A stretch of 64,000 nucleotides of DNA from Vicinamibacteraceae bacterium (GTDB lineage: Bacteria; Acidobacteriota; Thermoanaerobaculia; Multivoradales; Multivoraceae), in contig JAAXHG010000117.1 of NCBI GenBank assembly GCA_012270995.1, positions 5,636 to 69,635 of the forward strand, read 5' to 3'. Under the pieces are notes generated by a model. That model was not told where the DNA came from. It saw only the letters and a program-made list of their open reading frames with translations, and did not search any database. Below are positions 36,274 through 46,212 of the stretch, one piece after another; positions within the stretch are counted from its first letter, which is position 1, and every line of letters starts with the position of its first letter. Both the position numbers and the translations under genes were made by a program.

Positions 36274-37689
36274 ATGCGCCGCTCAGCCCTGCTCGCGACT
36301 TGCGCCCTCGCCTTGGCTTGCACCGCCGCACGCACGCCGGACCCACCGCGGCGCGTCTTCCTGATCACGGTCGACACGCTGCGCGCCGATCATCTGGGCT
36401 GGCATGGCTACCCCCGGGACACGAGTCCGCGGCTGGACGAATGGGTCGAGCGGGGAGTCGTCTTCGAGAGGGCGATCGTCCAGTGGCCGAAGACCGGACC
36501 GTCCTTCGCCTCGATGTTCACCAGCCTCTACCCGCACACGACGGGTTTGATCAACACGGCCGCGCAGACGATCCCCGACGACTACCTCGCGCTGCCGGCC
36601 TGGTTCCAGGAACGTGGCTTCACGACCGCGGCCGTGATCTCCAACCCGGTGCTGAGCCGGGAACTCGGCTGGGGCCGCGGCTTCGACCGCTACGAGCAGA
36701 CCTGGGTCGACCAGGCGACGCTCGACGCCGTCGACGAACTCCCGCTGGAGCAGCGGCCGATGGCGTTCCGGCGTCACGTGTGGGCCGACCGCGTGAACGA
36801 ACTCGCCCGGCCGTTGCTCGCCTCGCTGGCCTCCGAGGAGCGGCTGTTCGTCTGGCTGCACTACACCGACCCGCACGCCCCCTACCTGCTCCAGCCAGGA
36901 ACCGGAAACCCGTTCATCGACGACGAGCACTACACGAGCAACGAGCTCGTCGACCTCACCGGCGCGGAGGGGCGAGCGCTCGGCGATCAGCGGGAACTCC
37001 GCTACTACGTCGCCCAGTACGACGCGAATGTGTGGGTCACGGATCGCGCGATCGGCGCCATCCTGGACGAGATCGCCGCCCTCGGCATGGAGAACGGGAG
37101 CCTGCTCGTGCTGACCTCCGACCACGGCGAGGAGCTGAACGAGCACGGGGTGCCTTTCGAACACGGTCCGGTACCCTACAACAGCAGCGTCCACGTGCCG
37201 CTGGTCCTCGTCGGCGATCCCTGGGCCGACGCCCGCCGGCGCGTCGAGCAGCCGGTCGAGTTGATCGGGCTCTTTCCCACCTTGATCGAGTTGATGGGAG
37301 AACCGATGCCCGAGGGCTTCGAGGGCCGGAGCTGGGCGCCTTTGTTGCGGGAACAGCCCCAAGCCGACGAAGCCGAAACCGGCGCCGTTGCGGATCCAAC
37401 CGCCTTCGCCGACGCCGGCGCCTACCAGCGTCACCTGCGGAGCATTCAGGACGGCGAGTGGCAGCTCGTCCTGCGTCCGCCGAACCGGGACCGCGAGAAG
37501 CCGACGATCGAGCTCTATCACCTGCCGTCCGACCCGCTGCAACAAAGAGACGTGGCCTCCGAGTTCCCCGAGGTCAAGGACCGCCTGGGACGTCAGCTCA
37601 GCAGGTGGATCCGCGATTCGCCGCAGAACGTCACGCCGCACACCGAGGCCGCGCGCAAGGCGCTCGAGGCGATGGGCTACCTGGAGTGA
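36274..37689 (+). CDS. sulfatase-fold (alkaline phosphatase superfamily) protein, secreted or lipoprotein
   Basis: MRRSALLATCALALACTAA.., then FLITVDTLRADHLGWHGY... The nucleophile region reads QWPKTGPSFASMFTS rather than C/S-x-P-x-R. Confidence 0.85.
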   Translation: MRRSALLATCALALACTAARTPDPPRRVFLITVDTLRADHLGWHGYPRDTSPRLDEWVERGVVFERAIVQWPKTGPSFASMFTSLYPHTTGLINTAAQTIPDDYLALPAWFQERGFTTAAVISNPVLSRELGWGRGFDRYEQTWVDQATLDAVDELPLEQRPMAFRRHVWADRVNELARPLLASLASEERLFVWLHYTDPHAPYLLQPGTGNPFIDDEHYTSNELVDLTGAEGRALGDQRELRYYVAQYDANVWVTDRAIGAILDEIAALGMENGSLLVLTSDHGEELNEHGVPFEHGPVPYNSSVHVPLVLVGDPWADARRRVEQPVELIGLFPTLIELMGEPMPEGFEGRSWAPLLREQPQADEAETGAVADPTAFADAGAYQRHLRSIQDGEWQLVLRPPNRDREKPTIELYHLPSDPLQQRDVASEFPEVKDRLGRQLSRWIRDSPQNVTPHTEAARKALEAMGYLE

Positions 37690-37725
37690 CGGAGTCGCCT
37701 CCGCTTGCACCGAACGCGGGCCAGC

Positions 37726-38694
37726 ATGCCCGCGTTCCCGGGATCCGAGAGTGATGTCCGCCCCCCGCGCCCCGGAAGCGCCGACTTCGGGACGCTCCCA
37801 GTGACGGAGCCTCCGCCGTTCGCGATCGAGCGGGTCAGCGTCATCATCCCCTGCCTGAACGCTGCCGCGACTCTCGGCGCGCAGCTCGAAGCGCTCAGCC
37901 GGCAGACCTGGCGGGGCGAGATCGAGGTACTGGTCGCGGACAACGGCTCGACCGACGGCTCGGTCGAGCTTGCCGAGTCCTGGCGCGACCGGCTGCCCGG
38001 CCTGCGCGTCCTGCACGCCGCCGGCCGGAAGGGACCGGCGCACGCCAGAAACGTCGCCGCGGCGGCGGCCAACGGCGACGTCCTCCTGTTCTGCGACGCC
38101 GACGACGAAGTCGCCGAGGGCTGGATCGCCGGCCTCGTACCCGAGCTGGAGCGCCACGAGGCGGCGGCGAGCCGCCACGAGATCGAGCGCCTGAACGGCG
38201 AGCAGGCCCGACGGTTGCACGGCGACGCCGCACAGCAGCACGGGTTGCCCGCCTACACGAACCCGCCCTTCCTCGATCACGCCGGCGGCTGCGGCCTCGG
38301 TGTCCGGCGCCACGTCTTCGAAGAACTCGGCGGTTTCGACGAGGAGTACGTCGCGCTGGAGGACACCGATCTGTGCTGGCGCCTGCAGCTCGCGGGCCGC
38401 CGCCTCGTGTTCGCTCCCGAGGCGGTCGTCCACGTGCGGTTCCCGGCAACCCTCGCGGACGCCTTCCGCCAGGCGGCCCAGTACGGGCGGTACAACGTGT
38501 ACATCTACACGCGGTACCGATCGCGCGGCATGCCGCGGCTTCCCGCACTGCCGGGGCTGCTGCGACTCGGCTCGCTGCTGCTGCGGAGTCCACAACTCCT
38601 GTCCAGATCGGCTCGGGGTCGGTGGATCTGGCTCGCCGGCTGGCGACTGGGGCGACTGCGGGGCTGCCTCCGCTACCGTACGCTTGCGCTCTAA
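37726..38694 (+). CDS. family 2 glycosyltransferase
   Basis: VSVIIPCLNAAATL...VADNGSTDGS...LFCDADDE. Candidate starts are TTG 37705, ATG 37726 and GTG 37801. Confidence 0.85.
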   Translation: MPAFPGSESDVRPPRPGSADFGTLPVTEPPPFAIERVSVIIPCLNAAATLGAQLEALSRQTWRGEIEVLVADNGSTDGSVELAESWRDRLPGLRVLHAAGRKGPAHARNVAAAAANGDVLLFCDADDEVAEGWIAGLVPELERHEAAASRHEIERLNGEQARRLHGDAAQQHGLPAYTNPPFLDHAGGCGLGVRRHVFEELGGFDEEYVALEDTDLCWRLQLAGRRLVFAPEAVVHVRFPATLADAFRQAAQYGRYNVYIYTRYRSRGMPRLPALPGLLRLGSLLLRSPQLLSRSARGRWIWLAGWRLGRLRGCLRYRTLAL

Positions 38695-38726
38695 GCTGGC
38701 TGGAGAGCTTGAGCAGGAGGAAACAG

Positions 38727-39128
38727 ATGCGCTACGTGTCCTTCATCCACCGGGACGGCGCCGGCTACGGTGTGAGCTTTCCCGACTTCCCGGGGTGCGT
38801 CTCAGTCGGCGACACGGTCGACGAGGCCGTGCGGCGCGGTTGCGAGGCCCTCGCCTTTCACGTCGAGGGCCTCGTAGCGGACTGCGCCCGGATTCCGCCC
38901 CCAAGGTCGATCGACGCGATCAAGGCAGACGCGGAACTCGCCGACTGGCGTCAGGGGGCGGACTTCGTACTGATTCCGCTGTTGCTGGACCGCGGATCTT
39001 CGCGGCGGGTCAACATATCTCTCGACCGCGGTCTGCTCGAGGCCATCGACGACGAAGCCAGGGAGCGCCGCATGACCCGATCGGCGTTCCTGGCGAGTGC
39101 GGCACGCCACGAGATCGAGGGGACATGA
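38727..39128 (+). CDS. hicB: HicB-family antitoxin with C-terminal RHH
   Basis: ATG 38727 after AGGAGG. MRYVSFIHRDGAGYGVSFPDFPGCVSVGDTVDEAVRRGCEALAFHVEGL...RVNISLDRGLLEAIDDEARERRMTRSAFLASAA. Confidence 0.8.
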   Translation: MRYVSFIHRDGAGYGVSFPDFPGCVSVGDTVDEAVRRGCEALAFHVEGLVADCARIPPPRSIDAIKADAELADWRQGADFVLIPLLLDRGSSRRVNISLDRGLLEAIDDEARERRMTRSAFLASAARHEIEGT

Positions 39129-39263
39129 CCGAAGCGCCACGGGACGTTCCGCTTCCGGAACCCGCACACATCTTGGAGCGTGCCGAGGCCCTCCCGGAAG
39201 CGACCTCGCCGTGTCCGCGCGGTTCCGCGGCCGGCATTGCCTGATCGCCGTCGGCGCCGGGTC

Positions 39264-40706
39264 GTGACGGGCGCCGCCGAGCCCGAGGCGAAGCAGCGGC
39301 TGTTGCACTCCACCGTCAGTGCCTACGCCACGCTGTTCGTCCGGCTGATCATCGCCTTCGGGACCCGGTACGTACTCGCCCGTCTGATCCTGCCCTCGGA
39401 CCTCGGGATCTACGAGCAGGCGCTACGCCTGGTGGTGTTCCTCTCCGCCGTTCGCGATCTCGGGCTTACCCACCAATTGATGCGGGACCCGCGCGAATCC
39501 TACGGCACGGTGCTGGCCTGGAGCGCCGGCATCGGCGCCCTGCTGTCACTGATCCTCGTCGCCGGCGCCGGCCTCTTCTCCTACGAACCCGACCTGCCGC
39601 AGGTGCTGCGGGCCATGTCGATCTGGATCGTGATCGACGCGGTCATCATGGTCTACCGGACGTACTTCGAACGCCGGCTTCTGATCCGCGACATCGCCGG
39701 CTTCGAAGTCCTTCGCGCGCTGCTGTTCGGCGTCCTGGCAGCTTTGCTGGCGCTCAACGGCGCGGGAGTCTGGTCCTTCGTCGGCGGCGAACTGGCGTCT
39801 TCGGCCACCTTCGCCCTGTTCCTGCTGTGGCGGGCCCGCGGGCGGATTCCCCTGACCCTGGAAATGCGGCGAATCCCCGCACTGCTGCGGGCGAGCCGCT
39901 ACCTGTTCGTGGTGTGGGTCGCGTTCCAGATCTTCAACTACGTCGACTACTACATCGTCAGGTACTTCTCGTCGAGCGAGGTCGTCGGCTACTACGCCCA
40001 GGCCTACTGGCTCGCCTTCCTGGTTCCGCTCACGCTGACCGTCCGTCCGCTCCTGCCGGCCCTGGTCGAGTTCCGGCACGACAAGGCCGAGTTCGCCGAA
40101 ACGCTGCGGCTCGGAACGCTCGTCTTCCTGTCCGGGATCGTCCTCGCCGCCTATTTCCTGTTCTTCAACATCGAAAAGGCGGTCCTCCTGCTCTTCGGCG
40201 AGAAGTGGGCCGAGGTCGGTCCGCTGCTGCGGGTCCTGTGCCTGGTACCGCTCGTCGACGTCTTCACGACCACCGGCGGCGAGGCGCTCAAGGTGCAGAG
40301 CCGGGACCGGCTGTGGCTCACGACCGTGGTCCTGAACATGACGGCCCTGATCGCCCTCGGCCTCCTCTTCACCTACCAGTGGGGACCGATAGGGATGGCC
40401 TGGGCGAACTTCGCCCGTCTCGGAAGCATGCTCATGCTGATCAAGATCTTCGGCATCTTCGCCGGGCAGCGGCGAAAGCTGGTCCTGAGCCTGGCTCAGG
40501 TCTACCTTCTGCCACTGCCCTTCTTCCTCGCCGTGGCGGCTCTCCTGCCGGCGGACAGTTGGTCGCGGTTCGCTGCCAGCGCAGCAGCGGCCGGGCTCGG
40601 CGCCGGCGCGCTTCTGCTTCGTTTCCTGCCCGACTACCGGCGGTTCTTCCGTCGGGCGGGGGCGGCGTCGGACGCGGGCGACGCGGACATCGGAACGACC
40701 TCGTGA
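39264..40706 (+). CDS. polysaccharide flippase (Wzx/MOP superfamily)
   Basis: Multi-TM protein, ..[47 protein letters not shown].. Start uncertain: track 39180, or GTG 39264. Confidence 0.75.
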   Translation: MTGAAEPEAKQRLLHSTVSAYATLFVRLIIAFGTRYVLARLILPSDLGIYEQALRLVVFLSAVRDLGLTHQLMRDPRESYGTVLAWSAGIGALLSLILVAGAGLFSYEPDLPQVLRAMSIWIVIDAVIMVYRTYFERRLLIRDIAGFEVLRALLFGVLAALLALNGAGVWSFVGGELASSATFALFLLWRARGRIPLTLEMRRIPALLRASRYLFVVWVAFQIFNYVDYYIVRYFSSSEVVGYYAQAYWLAFLVPLTLTVRPLLPALVEFRHDKAEFAETLRLGTLVFLSGIVLAAYFLFFNIEKAVLLLFGEKWAEVGPLLRVLCLVPLVDVFTTTGGEALKVQSRDRLWLTTVVLNMTALIALGLLFTYQWGPIGMAWANFARLGSMLMLIKIFGIFAGQRRKLVLSLAQVYLLPLPFFLAVAALLPADSWSRFAASAAAAGLGAGALLLRFLPDYRRFFRRAGAASDAGDADIGTTS

Positions 40707-42256
40707 CGGATCGGCGGACGATCCAACTCCTCGGCGCGTCGGTGGCGGCGCTGCCGCTGCTCACGCTCCTGTTCCTTCCGATCCGCACGATCGACGACGC
40801 ATTCATCACGTTCCGCTACGCCCGCAACCTCGCCCACGGAGCCGGCCTCGTCTTCAACCTCGGCGAGCGCGTCGAAGGGGTCACGAGCCTGTCGTGGACG
40901 CTGCTGCTTGCGGCAGTGGAGACCATTCGTCTGCCGGTCGAGCCGGCGGCGTTCGTGCTGGGCACAGCTTTCGCGCTGCTGGCGCTGCGCGAGTCGTATC
41001 GCCTCGGCCGCGGCCTCGGCGCCTCGGCCGGCGCCTGCCTGGCCGCGGTCCCGCTGGTGGCGGTCCACGGCCGCTTCTGGCTGGTCGCCGGCAACGGACT
41101 GGAGGGAGGGCTGTTCGCGTTCCTGACCGTTCTCGTCGCCCGCAAGACGATCGAGCGGGCCGATCCCAGGCTGATCGGCGTTCTTCTCGGCCTGCTGTTC
41201 ATGACCCGACCGGAGAGCCTGCTCGTCCTGCCGGTCGTCCTCGGCTACCAGGTGCTCGCGAAGGGCGGCGGCGCCGGGAGAGTCGGCACTCGCCGCCGAG
41301 CCGGCCTGACCGCGGCGGCGGCGCTCGCCGTCGTCGGAGCGACCACCATCTGGCGACTCGCCTACTACGGCGCTGCGTTTCCCAACTCGGTGACCGCCAA
41401 GTCCGTGCTTTCGGCGGGTCCGGAGGCTCTGTTGGCGAACCTCGCTTCGGGGCTCTCCTACACCGTCCGCTTCGAAGTCGCGCACCTGCCGCTGATCCTC
41501 GGAACCGCGTTCGCCCTCATCCTCGCTCCGAAGGCCAAGGCCCTCTGGTTCTGCCTGTTCGTCGTGGCGGCGGAGCTGCCGGCCGTCCTCGTCAACGGCG
41601 GCGACTGGATGCCCCACTACCGGCTGCTGACGGTGTTCGCACCCGTGCTGGCGGCGCCGCTGGCCGTCTGCCTGTCGAGTGCGTTCGAGGATTGGGCGAC
41701 GCTTGGCGCCGCGAGACGGCGCTCGGCCTGGGTGCTCGCCGTGCTGACCGTGAGCGCCGTCTTCATGCTCAGCCGCAGTCCCTGGCAGCCCACGCCCGGC
41801 CCGCACTTTGCGTTCCACCCGATCACGAGCTGCTACCAGTTCATGGCGACCCGCCTGAAGCCCCATCTGGCGCCCGACGACATCGCCGCCGCGGAGGCGG
41901 TCGGGCTCTTCGGCTGGATCCTCGACGAGACGACGATCCACGATCCCCTCGGCCTGACCTCCAGCCATCACGCCCAGCACGGCGAGTACCACCTGAACTG
42001 GGGCAAGACGGACTACGACCACCTCCATCAGGTCCGCCCCGCGGTCCTCGTGCTCCACGAGGGCTCGGTCGTGACCCCCGGGAAGATCGACCGCGGCACG
42101 GACGGACGCTTCGGCCGCGACTACTCGGCCTGGTTCGTGAACCAGCAGCCGCCCTGCGCGCCGTACCGGCTCATCGTCTACATCGAGAACGAGCGTCTGG
42201 AACGCCTTCGCCCGGCGCTCGCCGGCCTTGCCATCGAGCCCCTGCCGACCGGGTAG
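40703..42256 (+). CDS. polytopic membrane protein, GT-C-like glycosyltransferase
   Basis: GTG 40703 overlaps the flippase stop (GTGA). N-terminal loop motif [29 protein letters not shown], followed by many TM helices. Confidence 0.6.
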   Translation: MTDRRTIQLLGASVAALPLLTLLFLPIRTIDDAFITFRYARNLAHGAGLVFNLGERVEGVTSLSWTLLLAAVETIRLPVEPAAFVLGTAFALLALRESYRLGRGLGASAGACLAAVPLVAVHGRFWLVAGNGLEGGLFAFLTVLVARKTIERADPRLIGVLLGLLFMTRPESLLVLPVVLGYQVLAKGGGAGRVGTRRRAGLTAAAALAVVGATTIWRLAYYGAAFPNSVTAKSVLSAGPEALLANLASGLSYTVRFEVAHLPLILGTAFALILAPKAKALWFCLFVVAAELPAVLVNGGDWMPHYRLLTVFAPVLAAPLAVCLSSAFEDWATLGAARRRSAWVLAVLTVSAVFMLSRSPWQPTPGPHFAFHPITSCYQFMATRLKPHLAPDDIAAAEAVGLFGWILDETTIHDPLGLTSSHHAQHGEYHLNWGKTDYDHLHQVRPAVLVLHEGSVVTPGKIDRGTDGRFGRDYSAWFVNQQPPCAPYRLIVYIENERLERLRPALAGLAIEPLPTG

Positions 42257-42262
42257 GGCAGT

Positions 42263-43204
42263 TCAGCCGGCAGGCAACCGGCGGCGCAGCCAGATCGAAC
42301 CGAAGTGGGTGTCGTAGTCCTCCAACTCGACCGGGCGGTAACCGGGAATCGTCCGTTCGAGGAACGGTTCGTCGAAGTGGCGGATCATCGGCGCGGAGAG
42401 CAGCACCTCGAACTCCCGGTTGAAGCTCAGGAAGGCCTGCAGGACCATCGCCTCCGTGCGGTAGAGCGGCCACTTGGCCCGGAAGACGTACTGCTCGGGC
42501 GGGTAGGGGGTGTTGTAGGGGAAGTGGATGTCGTGGACGTGGACCACGACGCCGGGCCGCAAACGCGGCAGCGCCTCGAGGAAGAGAAACGCCACGTCGC
42601 CGCCGAGCTTCAACACGTGGGTCGAGTCGATGAACAGGACGTCGCCCGCATCCAGGGCCTCGAAGAGTCCGAGGTCCGTCGCCTCGACCTTTGAGACGAC
42701 GGCGTTCACGGTCGGCTGCACCAGGTCGTTCAGCCGGCCGGTCGGAAACGGGTCCACGCAGGTCATCTCGCACGGAGTGCCGTCGCGGCCGTTCGCCGCC
42801 GCGGCCAGCCACGCGTAGTAGGTCGAGAGGCCGGAACCGATCTCGACGTATCGCGCCGGCCGCAGATCCCGCACCATCAGGTAGGTCGTCAGCGCGTCGA
42901 CCACCGGAAAGCCAGGGCCATAGCCCAGTGCCCTGATCTCGCTGTGCCGCGGCAACGCGTCGAACTCGCCGCCATGTACGTCGATCAACGCCGAGAGCAG
43001 CCTTCTCATCGCGTCCACGTCGTAGTCGACTCCCACCAACTCGCTCGGCCGGTCCCACAACTTCCGAGACGCCGCGAGCTCCGCAAGGACCGGCAACGGC
43101 GAGTAGAAGTCGGCCGTGCGCGCCACGTTCCACCCCAGCCTCCGCAGTGCGGCGAACAGGGCCGCGTGTGATCGCCGGTAGATCGCTCTCAGCACGTTGG
43201 CCAT
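42263..43204 (-). CDS. class I SAM-dependent methyltransferase-like protein
   Basis: Start ATG 43204 (MANVLRAIYRR..). SAM motif-I-like YVEIGSGLSTYY. The track ORF is over-extended to 43456. Confidence 0.65.
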   Translation of the reverse strand: MANVLRAIYRRSHAALFAALRRLGWNVARTADFYSPLPVLAELAASRKLWDRPSELVGVDYDVDAMRRLLSALIDVHGGEFDALPRHSEIRALGYGPGFPVVDALTTYLMVRDLRPARYVEIGSGLSTYYAWLAAAANGRDGTPCEMTCVDPFPTGRLNDLVQPTVNAVVSKVEATDLGLFEALDAGDVLFIDSTHVLKLGGDVAFLFLEALPRLRPGVVVHVHDIHFPYNTPYPPEQYVFRAKWPLYRTEAMVLQAFLSFNREFEVLLSAPMIRHFDEPFLERTIPGYRPVELEDYDTHFGSIWLRRRLPAG

Positions 43205-43278
43205 CGAACGCCGACGATAGCCCGTCCGGTGACCCGAGGGGCGAGGTGCACTCCTACCTTGAAGCTCCCCTTCTCGGA

Positions 43279-43701
43279 TCAGGGCATTCGCCAACGCCGC
43301 AAGGACGATATGCCTTCGGCTCCGGACGCGCGACGTACGTATCGTTCGTCCGCCGTGACGAACACGCCTCCGAATCCGAGCGCCACGGCATGGTACGCCG
43401 CGTCGTAGAACGCGACGCCGTACGTCACGGACAGGGACACGGCGCGGCTTCTCCAACTCGCGTCCAGCCTGGCTTCGGTCAAACCGAAGTCCGCCAGTGT
43501 CGCCAACAGTTCACCGGCATCGTCGGGGAACCGCCTCGCCAGCGTGTTGCCGACCTCGCAGATCCAGAGCTGGGGAACGACGAGCTCGAGGCTACCGGCG
43601 ACGGCCTCGTCACGCAGTGCGAGTGCCTGGTCCGTGTCCTGCTCGTCCTCGCCCGCCAGCACCCACTTCAGGATTACCGACGCGTCCGGCGTGACGATCA
43701 C
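43279..43701 (-). CDS. vapC: PIN-domain toxin VapC
   Basis: 140 aa, MIVTPDASVILKWVL...VFVTADERY. The ATGA overlaps the antitoxin stop. Confidence 0.85.
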   Translation of the reverse strand: MIVTPDASVILKWVLAGEDEQDTDQALALRDEAVAGSLELVVPQLWICEVGNTLARRFPDDAGELLATLADFGLTEARLDASWRSRAVSLSVTYGVAFYDAAYHAVALGFGGVFVTADERYVRRASGAEGISSLRRWRMP

Positions 43702-43931
43702 GGCGGCATCCGCTCCCGCCCCTCACGTATCCACTGAACGATCTGATCCGTCTCAACCGCGGGCAGACGCTCTCGCAACGCATCCATCCGGGCGGACGCA
43801 CGCTGCCTTCTGGAAGCTCCCGACCACTCCCGGATCGCGGCGTTGACTGCGCGGCTGCGGGCGCCGCGCGGCAGCTTACGGATCACCCTCCACGAGTCCT
43901 CGTCCATCATGATGTTAACCCGTCGGGCCAT
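43698..43931 (-). CDS. vapB: RHH/CopG-like antitoxin
   Basis: ATG 43931, MARRVNIMMDEDSWRVIRKLPRGARSRAVNAAIREW.., 77 aa. Confidence 0.7.
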   Translation of the reverse strand: MARRVNIMMDEDSWRVIRKLPRGARSRAVNAAIREWSGASRRQRASARMDALRERLPAVETDQIVQWIREGRERMPP

Positions 43932-43965
43932 GTCGGTCCTCCTCCCAAAGGTGTCCGGAACGCCG

Positions 43966-43982
43966 TGTGTAATGGTTACACA
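43966..43982. promoter_or_regulatory. palindrome TGTGTAA-tgg-TTACACA upstream of vapBC (candidate operator)
   Basis: Perfect 7-bp arms, 35 nt upstream of the antitoxin start. Confidence 0.4.
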
Positions 43983-44037
43983 TCCACATGCGCCCGGACA
44001 AGTCGTCGGGGGGCCGGGAAGCTGCCGAAGGACACCG

Positions 44038-44070
44038 CCGGACGGACGCACGGATGGCACGTCCGTCCGG
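44038..44070 (-). terminator. strong hairpin downstream of the TonB-dependent receptor gene
   Basis: CCGGACGGACG, an 11-nt loop, then CGTCCGTCCGG: a perfect 11-bp stem. It lies 31 nt after the receptor stop. There is no clear U-tract. Confidence 0.45.
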
Positions 44071-44100
44071 GACCCACCCCTCCGGACCCCGCCGCGGGCG

Positions 44101-45996
44101 CTAGCGGCGAAGCACCCGCACTCCGACGACGAAGGTGCGGCCGGGCGTGACGTAACCCGGGACCTCGAAGTAGTCCTCGTCGAGGAGGTTCTCGATCCGT
44201 ACGAAGGGTCTGAGCAGCGACAGGCTGTAGCTCAGGTGGACGTCGACCTTCGTGTAGTCGTCCATGGCCGCCCCGTCCGAGTCGATCCGGTCGGACACGA
44301 AGGCGGCCGTGACGGCCGCCGCGAAGCGGTCCGTCGGCTGCAACTGCGCGACCGCCGTCGTGCGGTTCTTCGGCCGCCGGGCCAGCGGATTGCCCGTGGC
44401 CTTGTCTTCAGTCTGGTTGAACGTGTGCGAGAACTCGAGGCTCGCCCTGACATCCGGGCGGTAGCGCAGGGTGAACTCCGCGCCGCTCGAGCTCGCCTGG
44501 GCCACGTTGCCGAAGGTGAAGCTCGTCAGATCGAACTCGATCAGTTGATCGAAGTCGATGTCGAACCAGGTCAGATCGAGGGTTACGCCCGAATCGCCCA
44601 GCCGCTGCTGCACCCCGATGTCGAAGCCTTCGTTGGTTTCCGGCAGGAGATTCGGATCGCCCGAGAACGGGAAGTAGAGCTCGTTGAAGTTGGGCGCCCG
44701 GAACGCCGTGCCGTAGCTGCCGTGGACGCGGCCGCGGCCGTCGCCCCAGCCGCCCGACACGGTAACCCGATGACTCGTCTCGGACCCGAAGGTCGAGTGC
44801 TCGTCGCCGCGCAGGGCGGCCGTCACGTGAACGCGATCCGCCAGCGTCCACTGGTCCTGCACGAACCAGGAGTCCAGATCGGCCTCCTCGTCGAACGTGC
44901 CGACGCTCGCCCCCCGGCGGTTCTCCGTCCCCAGCCCCAGGCTCAGCACGTTGTCCGCGCCCAGCCTGATGTCGGACTGCAGGTCGATTTGCCGAATCTC
45001 GGAACGGATCTCGTAGTTGTTCCAGATCGTGTCCGGGTCGGTCCCGAGCAAGGTCGCATCGGTCCGGCCGACGCGCGCGGTCTGACGCCAGAACGAACCC
45101 AGGTCCTTCTCCACGGTCAGAGCGAGCGTGTCCTCGTCCTGGGCGGCCATCGCGTTCAGGTCCTCGAGGCCGAAGCCGTCGAGCGCCGTGTCGCCGCGGT
45201 ACGAGCGAGCCCGCAGGTCGATCCGGCCGTCACCCGCGAAGGCGGCGCCGAGACGGGTGCTCCAGGTCCGGTTCTCGTAGGGATCGTCTTCGACCGCACC
45301 GCCCTCGATCGCGCGGTGGGACACGCCGTCGGTTCGGAGGCTCGTCGCCGAGACGCTGACGTCCCAACGGTCCGTCGCACCCAGGAGGCCCAGCTCGAAC
45401 CGGCGGTGGTCGTGGGTCCCGGTTTCACCGGTCCCGCTTGGCCGCCAACCCTTCATGCCGCGGCCCGTCGTGATGCTCACGACCCCCGTCATCGCCTCCG
45501 AACCGTAGGTCGCCTGCGGACCCCGGAGCACCTCGATGCGCTCGATGTTGGCAGCCAGCAGGTGCGCGAAGTCGACCGTGCCGCCGGTGACCGAGTTGAC
45601 CCGCACGCCGTCGACGAGGACCAGGGCCTGCGCCCCGGCGCCGCCGCGCACCCGGACCGTGGCGATCTTGCCCGGTCCTCCGGCGTGGGTCACTTCCGTG
45701 CCGGGAACGGTGCGGAGCAGATCGAGCACGGCCACCGGATTGCGCCGCTCGATCTCGTCGGCCTCGATCACCGTTACGGCGCTGCCGACCTCCCGCGCCG
45801 GCACCTCGTAGCGGTTGGCGCTGACGACGATCTCCTCCGTGACGGTCGGCGGTTCCGTGCCGGCTTCGTCGTCCTGCCGGCCAGCTACCGGCGCCACCAG
45901 CAAGACGGCCGCCGCGGCGGGCAGCCACGGCAGGTACGGGCGGCGTCGTGCGCCGCCCCGGGGACGTAGTACGTCGAAACTTCTCTTGTCGTTCAT
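44101..45996 (-). CDS. btuB: TonB-dependent receptor, cobalamin-transporter-like
   Basis: 631 aa. Plug domain ..EEIVVSANRYEVPAREVGSAVTVIEADEIERRNPVAVLDLLRTVPG.. Preceded by a cobalamin riboswitch, with a GGGGGAGGAAGG RBS. Confidence 0.85.
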   Translation of the reverse strand: MNDKRSFDVLRPRGGARRRPYLPWLPAAAAVLLVAPVAGRQDDEAGTEPPTVTEEIVVSANRYEVPAREVGSAVTVIEADEIERRNPVAVLDLLRTVPGTEVTHAGGPGKIATVRVRGGAGAQALVLVDGVRVNSVTGGTVDFAHLLAANIERIEVLRGPQATYGSEAMTGVVSITTGRGMKGWRPSGTGETGTHDHRRFELGLLGATDRWDVSVSATSLRTDGVSHRAIEGGAVEDDPYENRTWSTRLGAAFAGDGRIDLRARSYRGDTALDGFGLEDLNAMAAQDEDTLALTVEKDLGSFWRQTARVGRTDATLLGTDPDTIWNNYEIRSEIRQIDLQSDIRLGADNVLSLGLGTENRRGASVGTFDEEADLDSWFVQDQWTLADRVHVTAALRGDEHSTFGSETSHRVTVSGGWGDGRGRVHGSYGTAFRAPNFNELYFPFSGDPNLLPETNEGFDIGVQQRLGDSGVTLDLTWFDIDFDQLIEFDLTSFTFGNVAQASSSGAEFTLRYRPDVRASLEFSHTFNQTEDKATGNPLARRPKNRTTAVAQLQPTDRFAAAVTAAFVSDRIDSDGAAMDDYTKVDVHLSYSLSLLRPFVRIENLLDEDYFEVPGYVTPGRTFVVGVRVLRR

Positions 45997-46068
45997 TCGG
46001 GCCTTCCTCCCCCTCGGGATTCCTCTCCGGGCGACCCTTCCTGAGGCCGGCGGAGCGTTGTGTGCCTC

Positions 46069-46212
46069 GGCAGACAGCCAGGTCTCCTGGCTTACCTTCG
46101 TCCTGTTGGCCGGCCCTTCCCATCCCGTGCGGAACAGTGGTCATCGCCGGCTTTCGTCCGGATCACAGTCGCGGGGCGGCGGGAGAGTCTCACTCCCTTC
46201 CCTTGAACTGCC
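46069..46212 (-). promoter_or_regulatory. cobalamin (B12) riboswitch aptamer
   Basis: Minus strand reads GGCAGTTCAAGGGAAGGGAGTGAGACTCTCCCGCCGCCCCGCGACTGTGA...CCACTG...GGGAAGG...AGCCAGGAGACCTGGCTGTCTGCC. It has the B12 box and closing P1 (GGCAG/CTGCC). The expression platform extends to the RBS at about 46000. Confidence 0.85.

Noticed and set aside
36283-38595. 770-aa minus-strand ORF and several plus-strand alternative-frame ORFs across the sulfatase-fold and GT2 genes.
   Set aside because: Low-complexity Arg/Gly/Pro composition. The frames called as genes contain family motifs and signal peptides.
39125-39244. 39-codon ORF after hicB, considered as a possible HicA toxin.
   Set aside because: The sequence MTEAPRDVPLPEPAHILERAEALPEATSPCPRGSAAGIA has none of the HicA dsRBD-like features (no GSH..., no basic beta-strand pattern). 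It is also too short.
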